Assembly: GCA_040954595.2 (NCBI GenBank)
Contig: CM082578.2
Location: forward strand, 5,873,419 to 5,937,418
Source of the DNA: Balanoglossus misakiensis
Lineage: Eukaryota; Animalia; Hemichordata
DNA: 64,000 nucleotides
Reading direction: 5' to 3'
The translations under genes were made by a program, and so were the position numbers. The notes under the pieces are model-generated. The model made no database searches, was not told the DNA's origin, and saw nothing but the letters and a program-made list of their open reading frames with translations. Of this stretch, positions 15,146 through 28,500 are shown one piece after another (position 1 is the stretch's first letter; each line of letters opens with the position of its first letter).

Positions 15146-18100
15146 TTGCATATTAAAATTGATCATTAACTCGACTAATTTCTTGTTGAATGGAAAAACA
15201 GCGTACCACGATAAATTCAATCCATTTTCGATTGACCTAAGTTTTCAAAATTCAACAACTGGCTAAGCAAATGATTGAACAGTCATTTTTGGGGGGCCGC
15301 TGTTTATCTGGTGGCTGCAGGTAGGAACATTGGAATGCTGGTAGTTATCCTTGGTACAGATAATAACATGTTAGTAAATGTTTCAGATGAAACCCGAAGA
15401 AACTGTAGAGGCTGTGAAGGCTGCGATAAACATCGGATATAGACACATCGATACTGCATACGTTTATCAAAATGAAGAACAGATTGGCCAAGCAATCCAA
15501 GAAGTTCTGGCAGAAGGTGTTGTCAAACGGGAAGACCTCTTTATTGTCACTAAGGTAGGTTGGCAGAGTATCAATTACAGACATGCGTACCAGGGAAATA
15601 TCAATTCCATGGTGCGGTTTTGAGGAATTATTAGTATCAATTCAAACGCTGAGCTGGAAACAATCAACAGGACAGTGCTTTTTAAAATAGTCTTCACTCG
15701 TAACGGATCAATGAGATGCCTTCGTGTTTTCACATTACTGAGTTTTCATTTGTTTATCTAACTTTACTATCGCCAGCTTTATGGTCAATTCTTATCCCCG
15801 GAGCATGTTCGGGAAGGTTTTGACCAATCATTGAAGATGCTGAAAGTTGACTACATTGACCTATATTTAATGCATACCCCATATGCACTCAAGGTACGTA
15901 TAGGACTGATTTGAAATGTGTCTCCAGCCTGACTGTCGTTACCGCCTAACAGTCGAGGGAGACCTCCCCCAACTTGTAGCCTTACAAAGTGGTATTGTTA
16001 TCCAACGATTACGCTCTGCCTTTTACACTCATTTTAATCTGTCTTTGAACGGCGACTGCGAGATTTTATGTAAATATCACTACACGAACCTGACGCATTC
16101 TTCAGAATTTTATCACTGACAGCCTTTTTTTTGTAATGCGACGCTTGACTGACACGACTTGTATATTCGATTTCTCCCAGTATGACAGGTCTACACTGTG
16201 GCCAAAAAATGAGAAGGGGGAATTCCTCACGGAGATAGTTGACTACGTGGACACATGGAAAGTAGGTATATTCTAAGACATTTAACCCTTTCATCGCCAT
16301 GGCCAAGTCCAACCATGGTATGTCATACCACGGTGACCGTGGTCATACCAATGTCTATATGTGACCCACATACAATGTATCAAGGACTTACTATTGGCAA
16401 TTTCATGTGTGTGAGGAGAACGACTGAACGACTGACTCAACTGGCGTACGTTGAACCACTTTTGAAAGAAAGGTAAATGTTTGTACTTGCACACGTTCAC
16501 CTGATTAGATTTGATAGGCGTTACTTTGATAGAAATAAATTTATCAAATATTGTTTTTCCTGATAGTCGTTGTGGGGACAGGAATAGCAGTATTGCATTT
16601 GCACAGAAGCATTACTGATAGCAATGCGGGCCGGGGGATTGTGTGTTGTCTCAAATTTCTGCTTTATTTTACGGTTGATTTACTTTTATATTTGGTGATA
16701 CATTTCAGCAAAAGAATACTTCCCCACCCCCGGACCCAGGTATACCTCGAGATATCGACCAGTTCCCGACATCTGTCGTGCACTGGAGTTGAACAGGTCA
16801 AAATCTGAAAAAAATGGAGTCAACCTGGCCCCCTTTACCGATAATAGAACCGGTCTACTGAGTGTTAGTGTTAACTGAAATTTAACATTAGCCTAATCCT
16901 TTTCTCTTTCTGTTACCAGATTACTGATATGATTATTCGCGGGGTCATTTATTTTTAAATGTTTGTGCAATGTTCTGCCTTCACATGATAGGAAATGGAA
17001 AAACTGGTGGACGAAGGTCTGGTCAAGGCAATTGGGGTCTCTAACTTCAACTCCAAACAGATAGAACGAATTCTGCTCTCTGCCAAACACAAGCCTGTGG
17101 TCAACGAAGTACGTATATTGAGATAGGTGCATGATTCGCTCTTCCACGAATTTACAATTGTCAATACACCCAGTTACAACTTGCCTTGTGTTTTATTTGC
17201 CTGGAGATACCTATGATTTCATGATTACGTTTTATCTTGCAGATCGAAGTACATCCATATTTTGTGAGAAAAAAGCTGATCAAGTTCTGCCAATCGAATG
17301 GAATAGCTGTGACGGCCTTCTGTTCATTAGGCGCACCTGCTCATCCAAAGTACAGCGTAACATACATACTCTATAGTATAAATACAAAGTAACTGATTTC
17401 ACTTGGTATGCTTTGAGGCTTACTCGCCCAGGTTTGCCAGAATAGTCCGGCGAACCCAGAATGTCCACTCTCTGCTCCACACATTCAGCCACGTTTATAA
17501 TATTCTGTTATTGCCCAAAATATATAATGTATAGCATAAGGTATGATATGAGTATGATTATTGTATAATGTGATATATTGATATGTACGGTATGGTGTAT
17601 AGGCCTACATGTAGGAATAAGATGTATCGACTCCTTTATCTTTTGTGGACAGCTTAGTTGAAAACGTTCCCAAGTTTATGGATGACTCTGTGGTGAAAGC
17701 TATCGCTAAAAAGTACCAGAAATCGCCAGCACAAGTTCTTCTTCGATACTCAATCAACCTTGGATGTGTTGTCATACCCAAGAGTGTCAATCCTGACCAC
17801 ATGAAAGAAAACACTCAGGTATTTTGAAATGAATATCGGTTATGAGGTCATAAGAACTCTTCTCCGTCGAAGCTTCAGAAACAACCATCGTCGTCATCGT
17901 ATTCGTTGTAGTATAAAATATTCTCTCAGAGTAGAGATTAACCTGTAAAATATAACGTATGCTGTCGCAATTACTAGTACTATGTAATAAACACAAACCA
18001 TCAATAGTGGACAGAACCCCATTGCGTATATATACTCACAGCGCAATGGTAAAATCAGAAAGTCTGTTTCATCGTGTGTTTCCTTTGTAGTAAATTTGTA

Positions 18101-18978
18101 ATGCCTCAACATGCCCTCACTCACACGATCTTGGTGCATCAATACATTGGAGCAAAACACCGATTTTATCCCCCCCCCCTCCACCCCCCCCCCCCCCCCA
18201 AAAAAAGTTATAGCAGGGCAGACCAGATAATCATTCTTGATCATTCTATCCGCAGATATTTGATTTTGAACTGGACCAAGAAGACATGGCAACCTTAGAG
18301 AAACACAATCGTGGCAAGCCCATTTCTAGGTATTGGCAAAGGTAGGTACGATTTGACAGTAATTATATACCATCTCAGGTATCGTGTCAAAGTCCATTTT
18401 AGTGATTTAAAAAAAAAAATTATCTGGATGAAATTGTTGAGGAGTTTATCGCCTCACTTTCATAACCCATGCAGTGAAACAACATAAGTAGTTAACGTAT
18501 TACAAGTGAATTCCCCATGTTACAATGTCAATCGAACGATGCCAGAACCATGGCTCTTCGTGCGGCCACGAGCGATTATGTTTCATGGATGTCGCAATAC
18601 ACTATCAATATATAATACGTTTTAACTACATTAAAACATCCCTTATGTATATCACCTGGCAGCCAGGTTGGGTCCAAACCTTACACATGTCCAAACAATG
18701 GTTATAGAAGCATGATACAAATGCATTTTAATTTCTTATCGAATGACGTATTGTACCCACTGGCAATATACATGTATGTTTCATGGATATGTCAGGCGCT
18801 TGGTGTCAATAACAAAGTTCAGAAATTTAAGTTTTAAGAGATTGGAACTCGACCACGCCGATTCGCGTAGCCGAATAGTCAACACGCAAGCAATACAGCG
18901 AAATCCCACACAGATATACCTAACCCTAATCTTTACAGGTTTAAGGACCACCCTCACTACCCGTTCAATGAAGAGTGA
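14770..18978 (+). CDS. Aldo-keto reductase (AKR1-like), paralog 1, 9 exons, 318 aa
   Basis: Exons 14770-14844, 15387-15554, 15777-15893, 16181-16261, 16992-17108, 17243-17349, 17653-17818, 18256-18341, 18939-18978 total 957 nt, all GT-AG and in phase. Motifs: [25 protein letters not shown] (D,Y), FIVTK (K), DYIDLYLMH (H), [26 protein letters not shown]. Confidence 0.95.
15058..15143. repeat. (TTG)n microsatellite in AKR intron 1
   Basis: Imperfect TTG run; a shorter homologous run lies at ~34018-34046. Confidence 0.9.
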
Positions 18979-19599
18979 TGTCCTTTGCGGCCGGCGATGG
19001 CTACGATAAAAGTGTACCCCATCTAATCTATGTAAAATAAACTATTGGAGAGAAGACAATCGTAGGCTAGATTAAGTGGTGACATGTGCAGTCCAGCAAT
19101 TCCTGTTAAGGCCACGTCTCAACTATTCCTCAAAACAGCTTACCTGTCATTCCTTGTTTCTTGAATTAACCCCTAAATTGACAATACACCATTTGATCAA
19201 GGCAATAGCTGTAAAAAGTATCTGCAATTCGTGTTTCAAATGTTAAAGTACCAGCTCTTCGAGAGGTGTTTAAATCACGCATGCTCAGTTAATGTAACAT
19301 GACCAACTTTCAGCCAACCAGGGAAGGCCACCGTCCGCCCCCTGGCTCAGTACTTTCACAGGCGGCACTGCTCGCACACGCTGCTTTCAATTTGTCATAG
19401 CATGGCAGTTTGCTTTTACAGTTAGGTATCGGTTTAAAAGAACATAATAGTCACCGAGAGACGGCGTGGTAGTGATGGATAATCTCAGCGTCGACGTGGC
19501 TGCGACTGGCGAAGAAAAAAGAGCGCCACCATATGTTCTTAACAACACTCAGACACACAATTTTAGCCAGGTAGACGTGTCCAAGTCTATGGGCTTGAT

Positions 19600-19800
19600 T
19601 ATTTCAAAAATAAAAACATTTCAGAAAATGTTGTTCCGAGTCTCTCCTTGTAGCATGTGTGGAGTTAAGGCAGCAAGTGTGAGCGCGTATGTCATTGGAC
19701 CATCGGCTCAGTTCCGCATTCGATATTCGGCACTGTACCAGAAACTCACTCAAAGCAAGCAAAACCACGAAAAGTATTGAGACTATAGAATCTTTATAAC
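19600..19800. repeat. Dispersed repeat (other copies ~38975-39090 and ~42960-43140)
   Basis: Shared core ...TAGCATGTGTGGAGTTAAGGCAGC...CTGTACCAGAAACTC...GCAAGCA...CGAAAAGTATT; the ~38975 copy holds only the 3' part. Confidence 0.7.
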
Positions 19801-21019
19801 GGAAAAAAGCAAGAAGTCACGTCAGCGCTAGAAGGGGTAGAATCGTAAAGAAAAAACTGGTAGACAACAAAACCTATTTAGTTTCTATCATATTCATATT
19901 TATTTACTTTTCTCTAAATTTAATCTACGACAAATGTACCAAATTAAGCAAATTTACTTAATGTTAAATAACTGAATCCCTATGATCATTTGAAACACTA
20001 TACTGTCTTCAGGTGAATCGTGGTATTATTTTGCTATTTTTTACACAAGAACACACCTTAACTAGAAAAAACGCTGATACCGAATAATACAGCAGCTACA
20101 TGTAGTTATTGTCTACAAATTGGCAAATGCTATGTAATTAATATATACTTTGGGAATAGAATGAGCTAAACGTGCGAGTTTGTGGTTCATAGTAAAACCA
20201 TGTAAGTTGACTGTCAGAGTGTACAATTTCGACTGTATAATTAGCTTTTCTGCAGTTTATACTCAAAATGGTAAACTCAAACTAACACATTGCCAGGATG
20301 TAAAGCTCATATTTGGTGGTGGGGGAGTAGGCTATTGAGTTTGCATTATTAGTATTTCATCCATAATCTAGACTTAGAAATGCAAGTGTGGCCCCTTGCA
20401 TATAACATTTCCTATACGAGGCATATGGGGACAAATTCAGACGTAAGTTCCAATGATTCCACCTTTCAGTAAATACAGATGTTTATTAAATGATAGCTTA
20501 ACGTCTAACTCGAAAACAAAAACAACCCGTAATACAATCCACATAGGTACATGTACTTCTGGCTGCCTTAAATAGGTTTTCACTTTGTGCTGGGGGTCAA
20601 ATCATATTATAATAATTGCATTCTGGGTAAAACGACGACAACTCTGTAGTTAGAAATAGAAGAAATAATATGTTGACTGTATTTCATGACTTCCCTTCGT
20701 CAAAAATGTCTGCCGTTGTAGTTAGCATATTGCACATTTTATTCTGTTATAAAGTTTTAAAATGACCGGTTATCACTCTAGCTTATGAGCTTCAATCTCT
20801 TAAACATGGCAAAACTCGGTCAACTCGAAATTGTGTCGATCATTTATTCAAAGCAGCTACAAAAGTGGACTCCCTCACGGCCCCGGCCTCTCGCCGCCCA
20901 CGCAGACTTAAATTGTCTGGTTGAATGTGCGCCCTCGCAGGCCGAGCGTAAGTTGTAGCGAACCGCGCGGGTTATGGATACCGATCACTCATATTCGTCA
21001 CGCACGTACACAATGCCAC

Positions 21020-21091
21020 GTGATTGGTTTCGTCACGGGACCAATAATACAAGGCGCACGGTATAATATAAGGTGCTAGTAACAGGTAAGT
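21020..21091 (+). promoter_or_regulatory. Candidate promoter and non-coding first exon of the ARM-NHR-cGLR gene
   Basis: CpG-rich patch 20880-21060, ATTGG (21024) and CCAAT (21041) boxes, TATA-like TATAATATAA (21062) and a perfect donor CAG|GTAAGT at 21085. Confidence 0.45.
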
Positions 21092-22296
21092 ACACTGTAT
21101 GCCTGCCTTACTCCATAAGTTTAAATTTACTTGTTGCATGACTCCAAAGCTAATACGAATGACAATGGTGTATTGTGTTTTCCCCGATGGCCTTTTTCAC
21201 CCACGGTGTTTTTTGAATTAATACACTTGCTATTTAGAAATAATTTCTCTTTCACTTTCGATTTAGCTTAATACGCAAGGAGTACCTCATTCACCACCAA
21301 ACCAGAAACATACAGGACGAGCTGATGTACGTACATGTAAAGCCTGTTTGTTTTGAAATATCGGTCAGTTTAATGTCTTGTTATTCGCCCGTCTTTTCGT
21401 GTTTATATGTCTCGTTGACAACGTTACACGGTATGTGCATATAAGCACCAGGAGGGGTGAAGTCCATTATATTCGCTGACGACGATGTGTTTAGATATGA
21501 TTCATACATACCTGTGTATCCATGACCAGCAGCGTATACAATGCGCATGCGTGCATACCCATTGTTGCATTGCCTTCTTAGTACACGAACCTGGACAGAT
21601 CTCTAACAATAATAGGATCGTTATCGCTAGCTGTCAAAATGAAACACCAAGGCAAAAATATTCATGCGTTCTTGCACTATATATCGTGAAGACACTGTGC
21701 AAAAGGTTAATATTCGATGTGCGCTCTAGATAGAGTGCACGTGGCACCATTAATAATAATAATAAAGCGCCATGCATCAACCGATATGTTCAAACACGCT
21801 GAACAAAATGATAAAAACAACCAAATAAAGCAAAAAGTTCAAAACTAAAAGAAGACAATGCTATAAAAAACTATAGAAAGAGAACATCTTTTAAAAAACA
21901 ATACACATACTCAAAAAGGTGGGTTTTAATGGATTTTGACATGAAAAAAACGAGAGACTTTGTCCTTTTAAGTTTGGATATAAGAAGACGTCACAGTTGT
22001 ACATTTCGAATCTGTGGTGCAACATGAGAAAATTCTAGATCACCAAATGATTTCAGTCGAGTTGGCACTTCAGTAATACGGCACTTTCGGGCAGACAAAT
22101 GATTCCTCAGTGCAATGGTCACGTGACACTAGTGTCCGTAATGTGTAGATCAACGTACATTCTAGTTGTAATTTTGTTTTGTTGTTTTTGTTTTGCCACT
22201 ATAACCATTCAACAATTCTGCTGTTGTTGTTTTAATTGCTGGTGTTGTTTTATCCCCCAAATAGCAGTTTGGAAAGAATCTTGTACTAGCACCGCG

Positions 22297-25200
22297 ATGG
22301 CTAATGAAGGCAGAGACATTGTAGACGAATTCGAAGCTGAGGTGAAGAAAATGCACCTCGATGTTTATTCAACAAACCAAGCCAAGGTATTGTTAACAAA
22401 TCCAAACATTTTTAACGAGATACTAAAGATAAGTAGTCAAAGCTGTGATTATGCAAGTCTGGGTATTACTTTGACCAATTACATGCTTTATATCCACGCT
22501 CCATTTGTTTGTTTGTTTGTGTTTTAGGCACGGTGGTTTTTGGTGGACATATCGCTAAGCATCTTGCACAACCTGGCGAAAGCAACTACCAGTTGGGAAA
22601 AATTTAAGGGCTCTGACACTAGACGAATATTGGACATTTATAAAGGCGCGGATTCGAAATTGCGAAGACTGCTGTCTTGCCTGGTCTTGAGTTACGTCAT
22701 TGACCCAGAAACGGAAATTGAAATGATCAAAGATGATTCAGGTAAAATCGCTATCCGAGACGTGTATCACGGCCATGAAACAATATCCAGTGGCTGCCAT
22801 TTCAACATTCAAGATGTTTTATCGACAAAAATGTATTTTGAAGTATCCATGCATCGGCATCGACTGCCAGAATACATGCACACCAATTGCGACTTTTGCA
22901 GACGCAATATGTTCACTGTCGTTACACCAGAAAAATATATGTAAAACTGAAATGTGCCATCCCGACTTAACACTGACGTAATTGCAATGCGAAACTGATG
23001 TCTGCCGCATCTTTGTAACAAAATCGAAATTGTTAAAATAATTCCAAATGTTCCGAGGAACATTTTTTTCTTCTTGACCTTAATAATAAAATATCATAAG
23101 TTGTTTATGAAATTAAACTAAAATAACAGAACTGTCAAAAAGTTAACGACTTTGCTTGAAGACTCAAGCATGCATAAGAGTAATTATTCAATTAGATGAG
23201 TCAAGACATTTAAATCATAAAATCAACTTCATTCTAATCTCCTTGTTTTAAACAGATATCATAGATCAGATATTGGAGATGTTGAAATCGGAAAAGGCAA
23301 GAACGGGGTATTCCTTGCAGGAATTGCTTGAAGGACTGGAAAACTTGACATTACATCCACAAAACAAAGAAAAGGTAATAGCATTATTATATGCAAATAT
23401 ACAAAATACCTGTTTCAATAACAAATTCTGAGCACAGCACATTCCACTAGCATGATTACAATATAAATAGTCACAACGTGTAACTACTATATACATGTAT
23501 ACATGTATATTCATCATCGCAAACATGTGATTTTTACTTTTATAGTTGATTTATAGACAGTAGAGGGGGGAAGTTGATTTTATGATTTAAATTTGTTCTA
23601 ATCAATCTAGATATTGTCCGAAGGAGTGCCCGTTTTGTTGGATCTGTATGATGCATTCAAGGATGACGATAAATTTCTCGTCCTTGGCACGCTAGCAAAG
23701 CTTGGCTTATTTCTCGAAGCAGACGGAAAAACTAGTGCAGGTGACAATAACCAAGGTAACACTAACATTAACTCCTACATTGTCTGGTCTAGAGTTTGTT
23801 AGACTGTGGGCATGCAAAACTACTTTTCTAATTCTTTGTCCGACTTGACGGGACCTATATACCATTCTCTATTTTCGACCATAGTTTGGTATCAAACGCA
23901 CTCTATGGTCAGAATGGATACTTTTGCCCAACACCAAGCCAATTACTCAAGAGTGGGCGTTTCAGAGACCATCTGAGATTCCATGTGCTAACTTTCCAAG
24001 GAAAACCCAAAGCAGCGCCTAATGAGGCGTCACCTTACTAAGCATTTTCATCGAAAGTTCCCGGAAACTAGGTGTCTGTAAGATTAGTGGAATGAACATT
24101 GGGCACTATAGGGCTTAAAATCTACTGATGTTCTTATATCAATAGTTGGTTGGATATTAGGACTGGTATATCCCTTTCCTGCTATGAACTATATTTAGCT
24201 TATTACATCTCATGCTGTATTCCGTACTCTTGATTGGCTGAGACTGAACCACGTGAAATAGGTAAAAACGTGACATTGCATGGTTGACAGAATCCATGGC
24301 CCGTCGTGAGGGGATATGGTCCGCTGGGGATTCTGCACAGTCACGAAAAATTGTCGTTTGGAAGAGTCCACCATCTCTCGCATCTGTGGCTTTAACTAGC
24401 GTAAACATCCGTCCATTTCTGATTTTGTTTATACTAGAGCTAGAAAAGGACCTACAGGAGGATATTATGTTTGTGGAAAGCTTGCTTGCCAGTCTTGAGG
24501 AGTTTGACACATGCAATTCATCTGACGTGCAGGACGTCATGAAAGCCCTGGTCGAAGCTGTATCAAAGCATTGTCGGGTGAATAGGCGATTCATCGTTGA
24601 CAAAGCTGTCACCAAAAACATCGCAGGTGAGGCATGGAGTCTAGCTGTGGCATTACATGATGGTCGATAGGAGACTTTACTTACTAACGGTTTGTCTAAT
24701 GACTGGATTTTTTGCTCATTGGAAGAAACTTACGGAAGAATCATGCAGTTGAAGTTGGTGTGAAAAGCAAAACGTTTGCTGTTAGTCATGAGAGCATGCA
24801 CCATGTCCGAAATTATTTTAACAATATGCCGGGAGGTTTTTAGCCGAGAGTCAGTATCAAAGTATCTAGCACTTCTCAATCACATCTCAAAAACTAAAGA
24901 TCAGAGAAAGTCTTCAAAACGATACCAGTGACCAGATTTATGAAATTTAAAAATCCATCTGAAGACATTAAAACGCAACAAATAACGCGCCCATTGTCCC
25001 TCCAACGACAGATTTGGAAAACGCATAATGTTGCATCTCTTTTCTTGTATAACTTTAGAATCTTTGATGACTTTCTTCACGAAACTCTACAACGACGGTG
25101 ATACCACCTTGTACGAGAATGGTGACAAATTTGGCGCATTGCACGCGTCTGCAATACTGCTTTTGAACTACAGTGATGTCAGTGTTTCATTTGCCGATGC

Positions 25201-25468
25201 CATGGCAAATGCAGGATTGGTGTCCTTTCTGCTAGACATATGCGATAGACACCATTGTCACCTTGTACAAATGGTAAGGATCGAATGTTATATCTCATAC
25301 AATTTATTACCATACATCTCCAGTTGATTTATATTAACGTTATGATTCGTATGTATGTATGTATGTATGTATGTATGTATGTATGTATGTATGTATGTAT
25401 GTATGTATGTATGTATGTATGTATGTATGTATGTATGTATGTATGTATGTATGTATGTATGTACGAAG

Positions 25469-25505
<37 letters not shown>

Positions 25506-28500
25506 GTTTTCACTTGTTTTTCATTTATGATTATCCGTCTCATTTGTTTCTTTCTCATGCACAGCGAGATCGACTAAAAGACATTGAAAGGATGCTGCGA
25601 GGAAAAGTACCGGAGCACTTAGAGAACTTAGTCGAAGATGGTAATGGTGAAGTAGCTTGCAGAGAAAATGTGGCAGATTCAGATTTAGAAGAAACAGAGG
25701 TATGTGGAGAAACGAGTTTTCGTTGTTTTTATTGTCTCGTTTATTTTGGGGGAACGGGTCTTTTCCCCCACTGTTATTATATAAGATAAAACTTTGGGTG
25801 TAATATTTTGACAGGAGATATCTGCTGATAACATGGACAGCACAAGTGAGCGATTTCGTTTCAAGCCAATGGGTATTCGCGCTGGCATTAAACATGGCGG
25901 AAAGGTGGCCTACAGAATGGACGCGGAAATCGACTCATTTAACAACAAAGCTGTATTCGTGACTGACAAGCCGCTACAAGATAACCAGATGTTTGAAATA
26001 AAAATAGACAAGTTTAACCAGAAGTTAGCGAATTCTCTTGCAATGGGTAAGTTATCGCAGAAATTCATGAGAGACGGAGATGTTCTTGTCTTGTATTAAT
26101 TTTAAAGTAAAACAAATCGAGGGCTGGTCGACAGAAATAAAGCCCATGCATAGAAATGACAAACCATCGCTTGAATAATTTCGATTATTATGGGAATTGC
26201 AAACTCATCAACTGTGGGTAAAGTATTGAACAGTTTAGGTACATTTAAAAAAGTTAAGACGCTGATATCGTTGCCAAAGTGTCATTCCAATATTTTTTAT
26301 TCATTTCACATTTTCAGGTGCAAGTATATATTCAGAATTTCCTCGCGATGTTGTGTACTTTGGCGATGGGCATGGCATAGGAACGGGGTTTTGGATTCTT
26401 CGGTAATTACTTAATGTTCGTTTGACATCACTGAGTTGTTATGGTTACTATAGTCCCTTTACTTTGAGTATATTTAATTGGTCTTGAGAATATACATCAT
26501 TTATTTTATTTTTATATTTATTTCATTTTATGATCAGTCTGATAGATCCATAGCGAGCGACAATTGTGTCGACTGGCCCTTTCATATGTTGATGACATCA
26601 AGGAAAACAGACAGACAGACATGTAAGCAGGCAGACAAACAAACAGACGAAACCATGAAACAAACGCTTTCACGTAAGCTCCCCGTTGGACGACACAGCT
26701 GCACCGTGTTTTATCAATATTAATGCCCACAATCGCAATCCAATTCACCTTTTCAACAGAGTATATGAAGCAAGATTTCAATTATCTCATCTTCTCTTTC
26801 TCTAGGAGTGGCGAATTCTGGCGAGATTTCATCCACAGTGGGAGTTCATACTCATTAAATTTCGAGACTGTTGGAAAGGATGATCGTATTGGCATAGCAA
26901 GGCGCCCTAACGGAACACTTCATTTTTTCCTTAACGGGGAACACAAAGGAGTGGCTTTTAAAAGTGTGCCTGAGTGTAAGTATTCATCCTATTTCTGAAC
27001 CTTCAAAGGGTGGGTGTCGTCCACTCTGCGGCTGCGCGAATGGGTCTTACATGACAGTGTGCATGTAACTGCTACAATGTACATCAAGGCAAACAATGTG
27101 GTTGTTACTTTGTAGTACACTGTGCATATCATGGCATTACTCCCGAATAGGTTGGAAGGGTCTCCCTAAACATTTGGAACAATGGTGAGAGTGTGCTCCT
27201 AAAAAAGTTAAATAAAGCAGAATTGTAATAGCATAGGCATAGGTGCACGCCATTTTTCGAGAGCCGTATAATTCTGTGAATTAAACTTCGGCCGTGGCAT
27301 CGTTCATATTTCCACCCCATAGATAAGTTTATTGTGTTTATTGTTAAGGTTTTCTTTTATTCGATTTTTTGTTTACACTTTAGGTGTGTATCCTGTTGTG
27401 GCAGTGACGGGCAAATGTTTACAAGTCTCAATTGTGGATAACCCAAGCCCTATGGAAATTTCATCGGAAACAGAGGACAAAACACTGAAACCGATTGGTA
27501 TGTTTAATGTTGTAGATGGTGCTGCAATAAACAATGTTAATACAGTGCAAGAATAGACCCAAACACAATACATTACAATATAACGTAGCGATACAGCACC
27601 ATTTTTTGAATATAAAATGAAAAATACAATAAAATCCAACGCAATACACTGCAATGTGACAATCATCTGCATATTTATAATGAGAAGCTATTGATAAGAA
27701 AAACATCTAAAATATACCACAGGTTATCTTTTCACCAGTTTTGCATGCTTTGGTCACCATGGCAAATGAAAATGCTAAACTGGTCATTTTGTCCTCTATA
27801 GAACATTTTTTTGTGGACGCCGCATTTGGTGGCATGCAAACATTCAGACGAAGTCGAGCTCCACACGGAATGGACTTTGAATACGAGCCTGGACCAAAAC
27901 CAGAGAAAGAAGATGATTCTGTGAAAAAAATGAGGGATGGTAAGTAATCTTGAGCTAAAAAGAGTAATTATCCAATCGTTTTTAAATGATAGTTCAATAT
28001 TTTTTATTCTAATTGCTTATGCATATCAAGGCAATAAGTCAATGCACCCTTTTCATAATCTAGCGCCCTCACACAGTCATCATGAATTGGAACTCATGGA
28101 GGCCAACGAGGAAACTTCCTTGATGTGATTGGTCAACTTTTCCCCATTAGTCTCGCTTTGAGTTCATATTCATATAATGGTTGCCCTATACTTATATCAG
28201 TCTATCACATACAATATCAACCAACACACATATTCAAGTTTTACTGACTACGTAAAGTGAAGGGGTTGTCCCGCCGCGTTTGTCTGTTTATAAACATTAC
28301 AATTCATCCACAAATCCCCGAAATTAGATAATTCTTAGAATGAACGAAGCAGCCCACCGTAGCGTAAACTGGGCATGACAGAAACTGAAGATTCTAGTAG
28401 GTCGTGGCGACTGCAGTATAGGGTTTGCGCTAATAGGGGAGGACATATTCTCATCATCAAAGACACCAACGCGGCGCGACGACCCCTTCCCGTTAAATAT

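Noticed and set aside
14997-15266. Poly-Cys metallothionein-like ORF (and paralog at 33954)
   Set aside because: (TTG)n microsatellite within AKR intron 1
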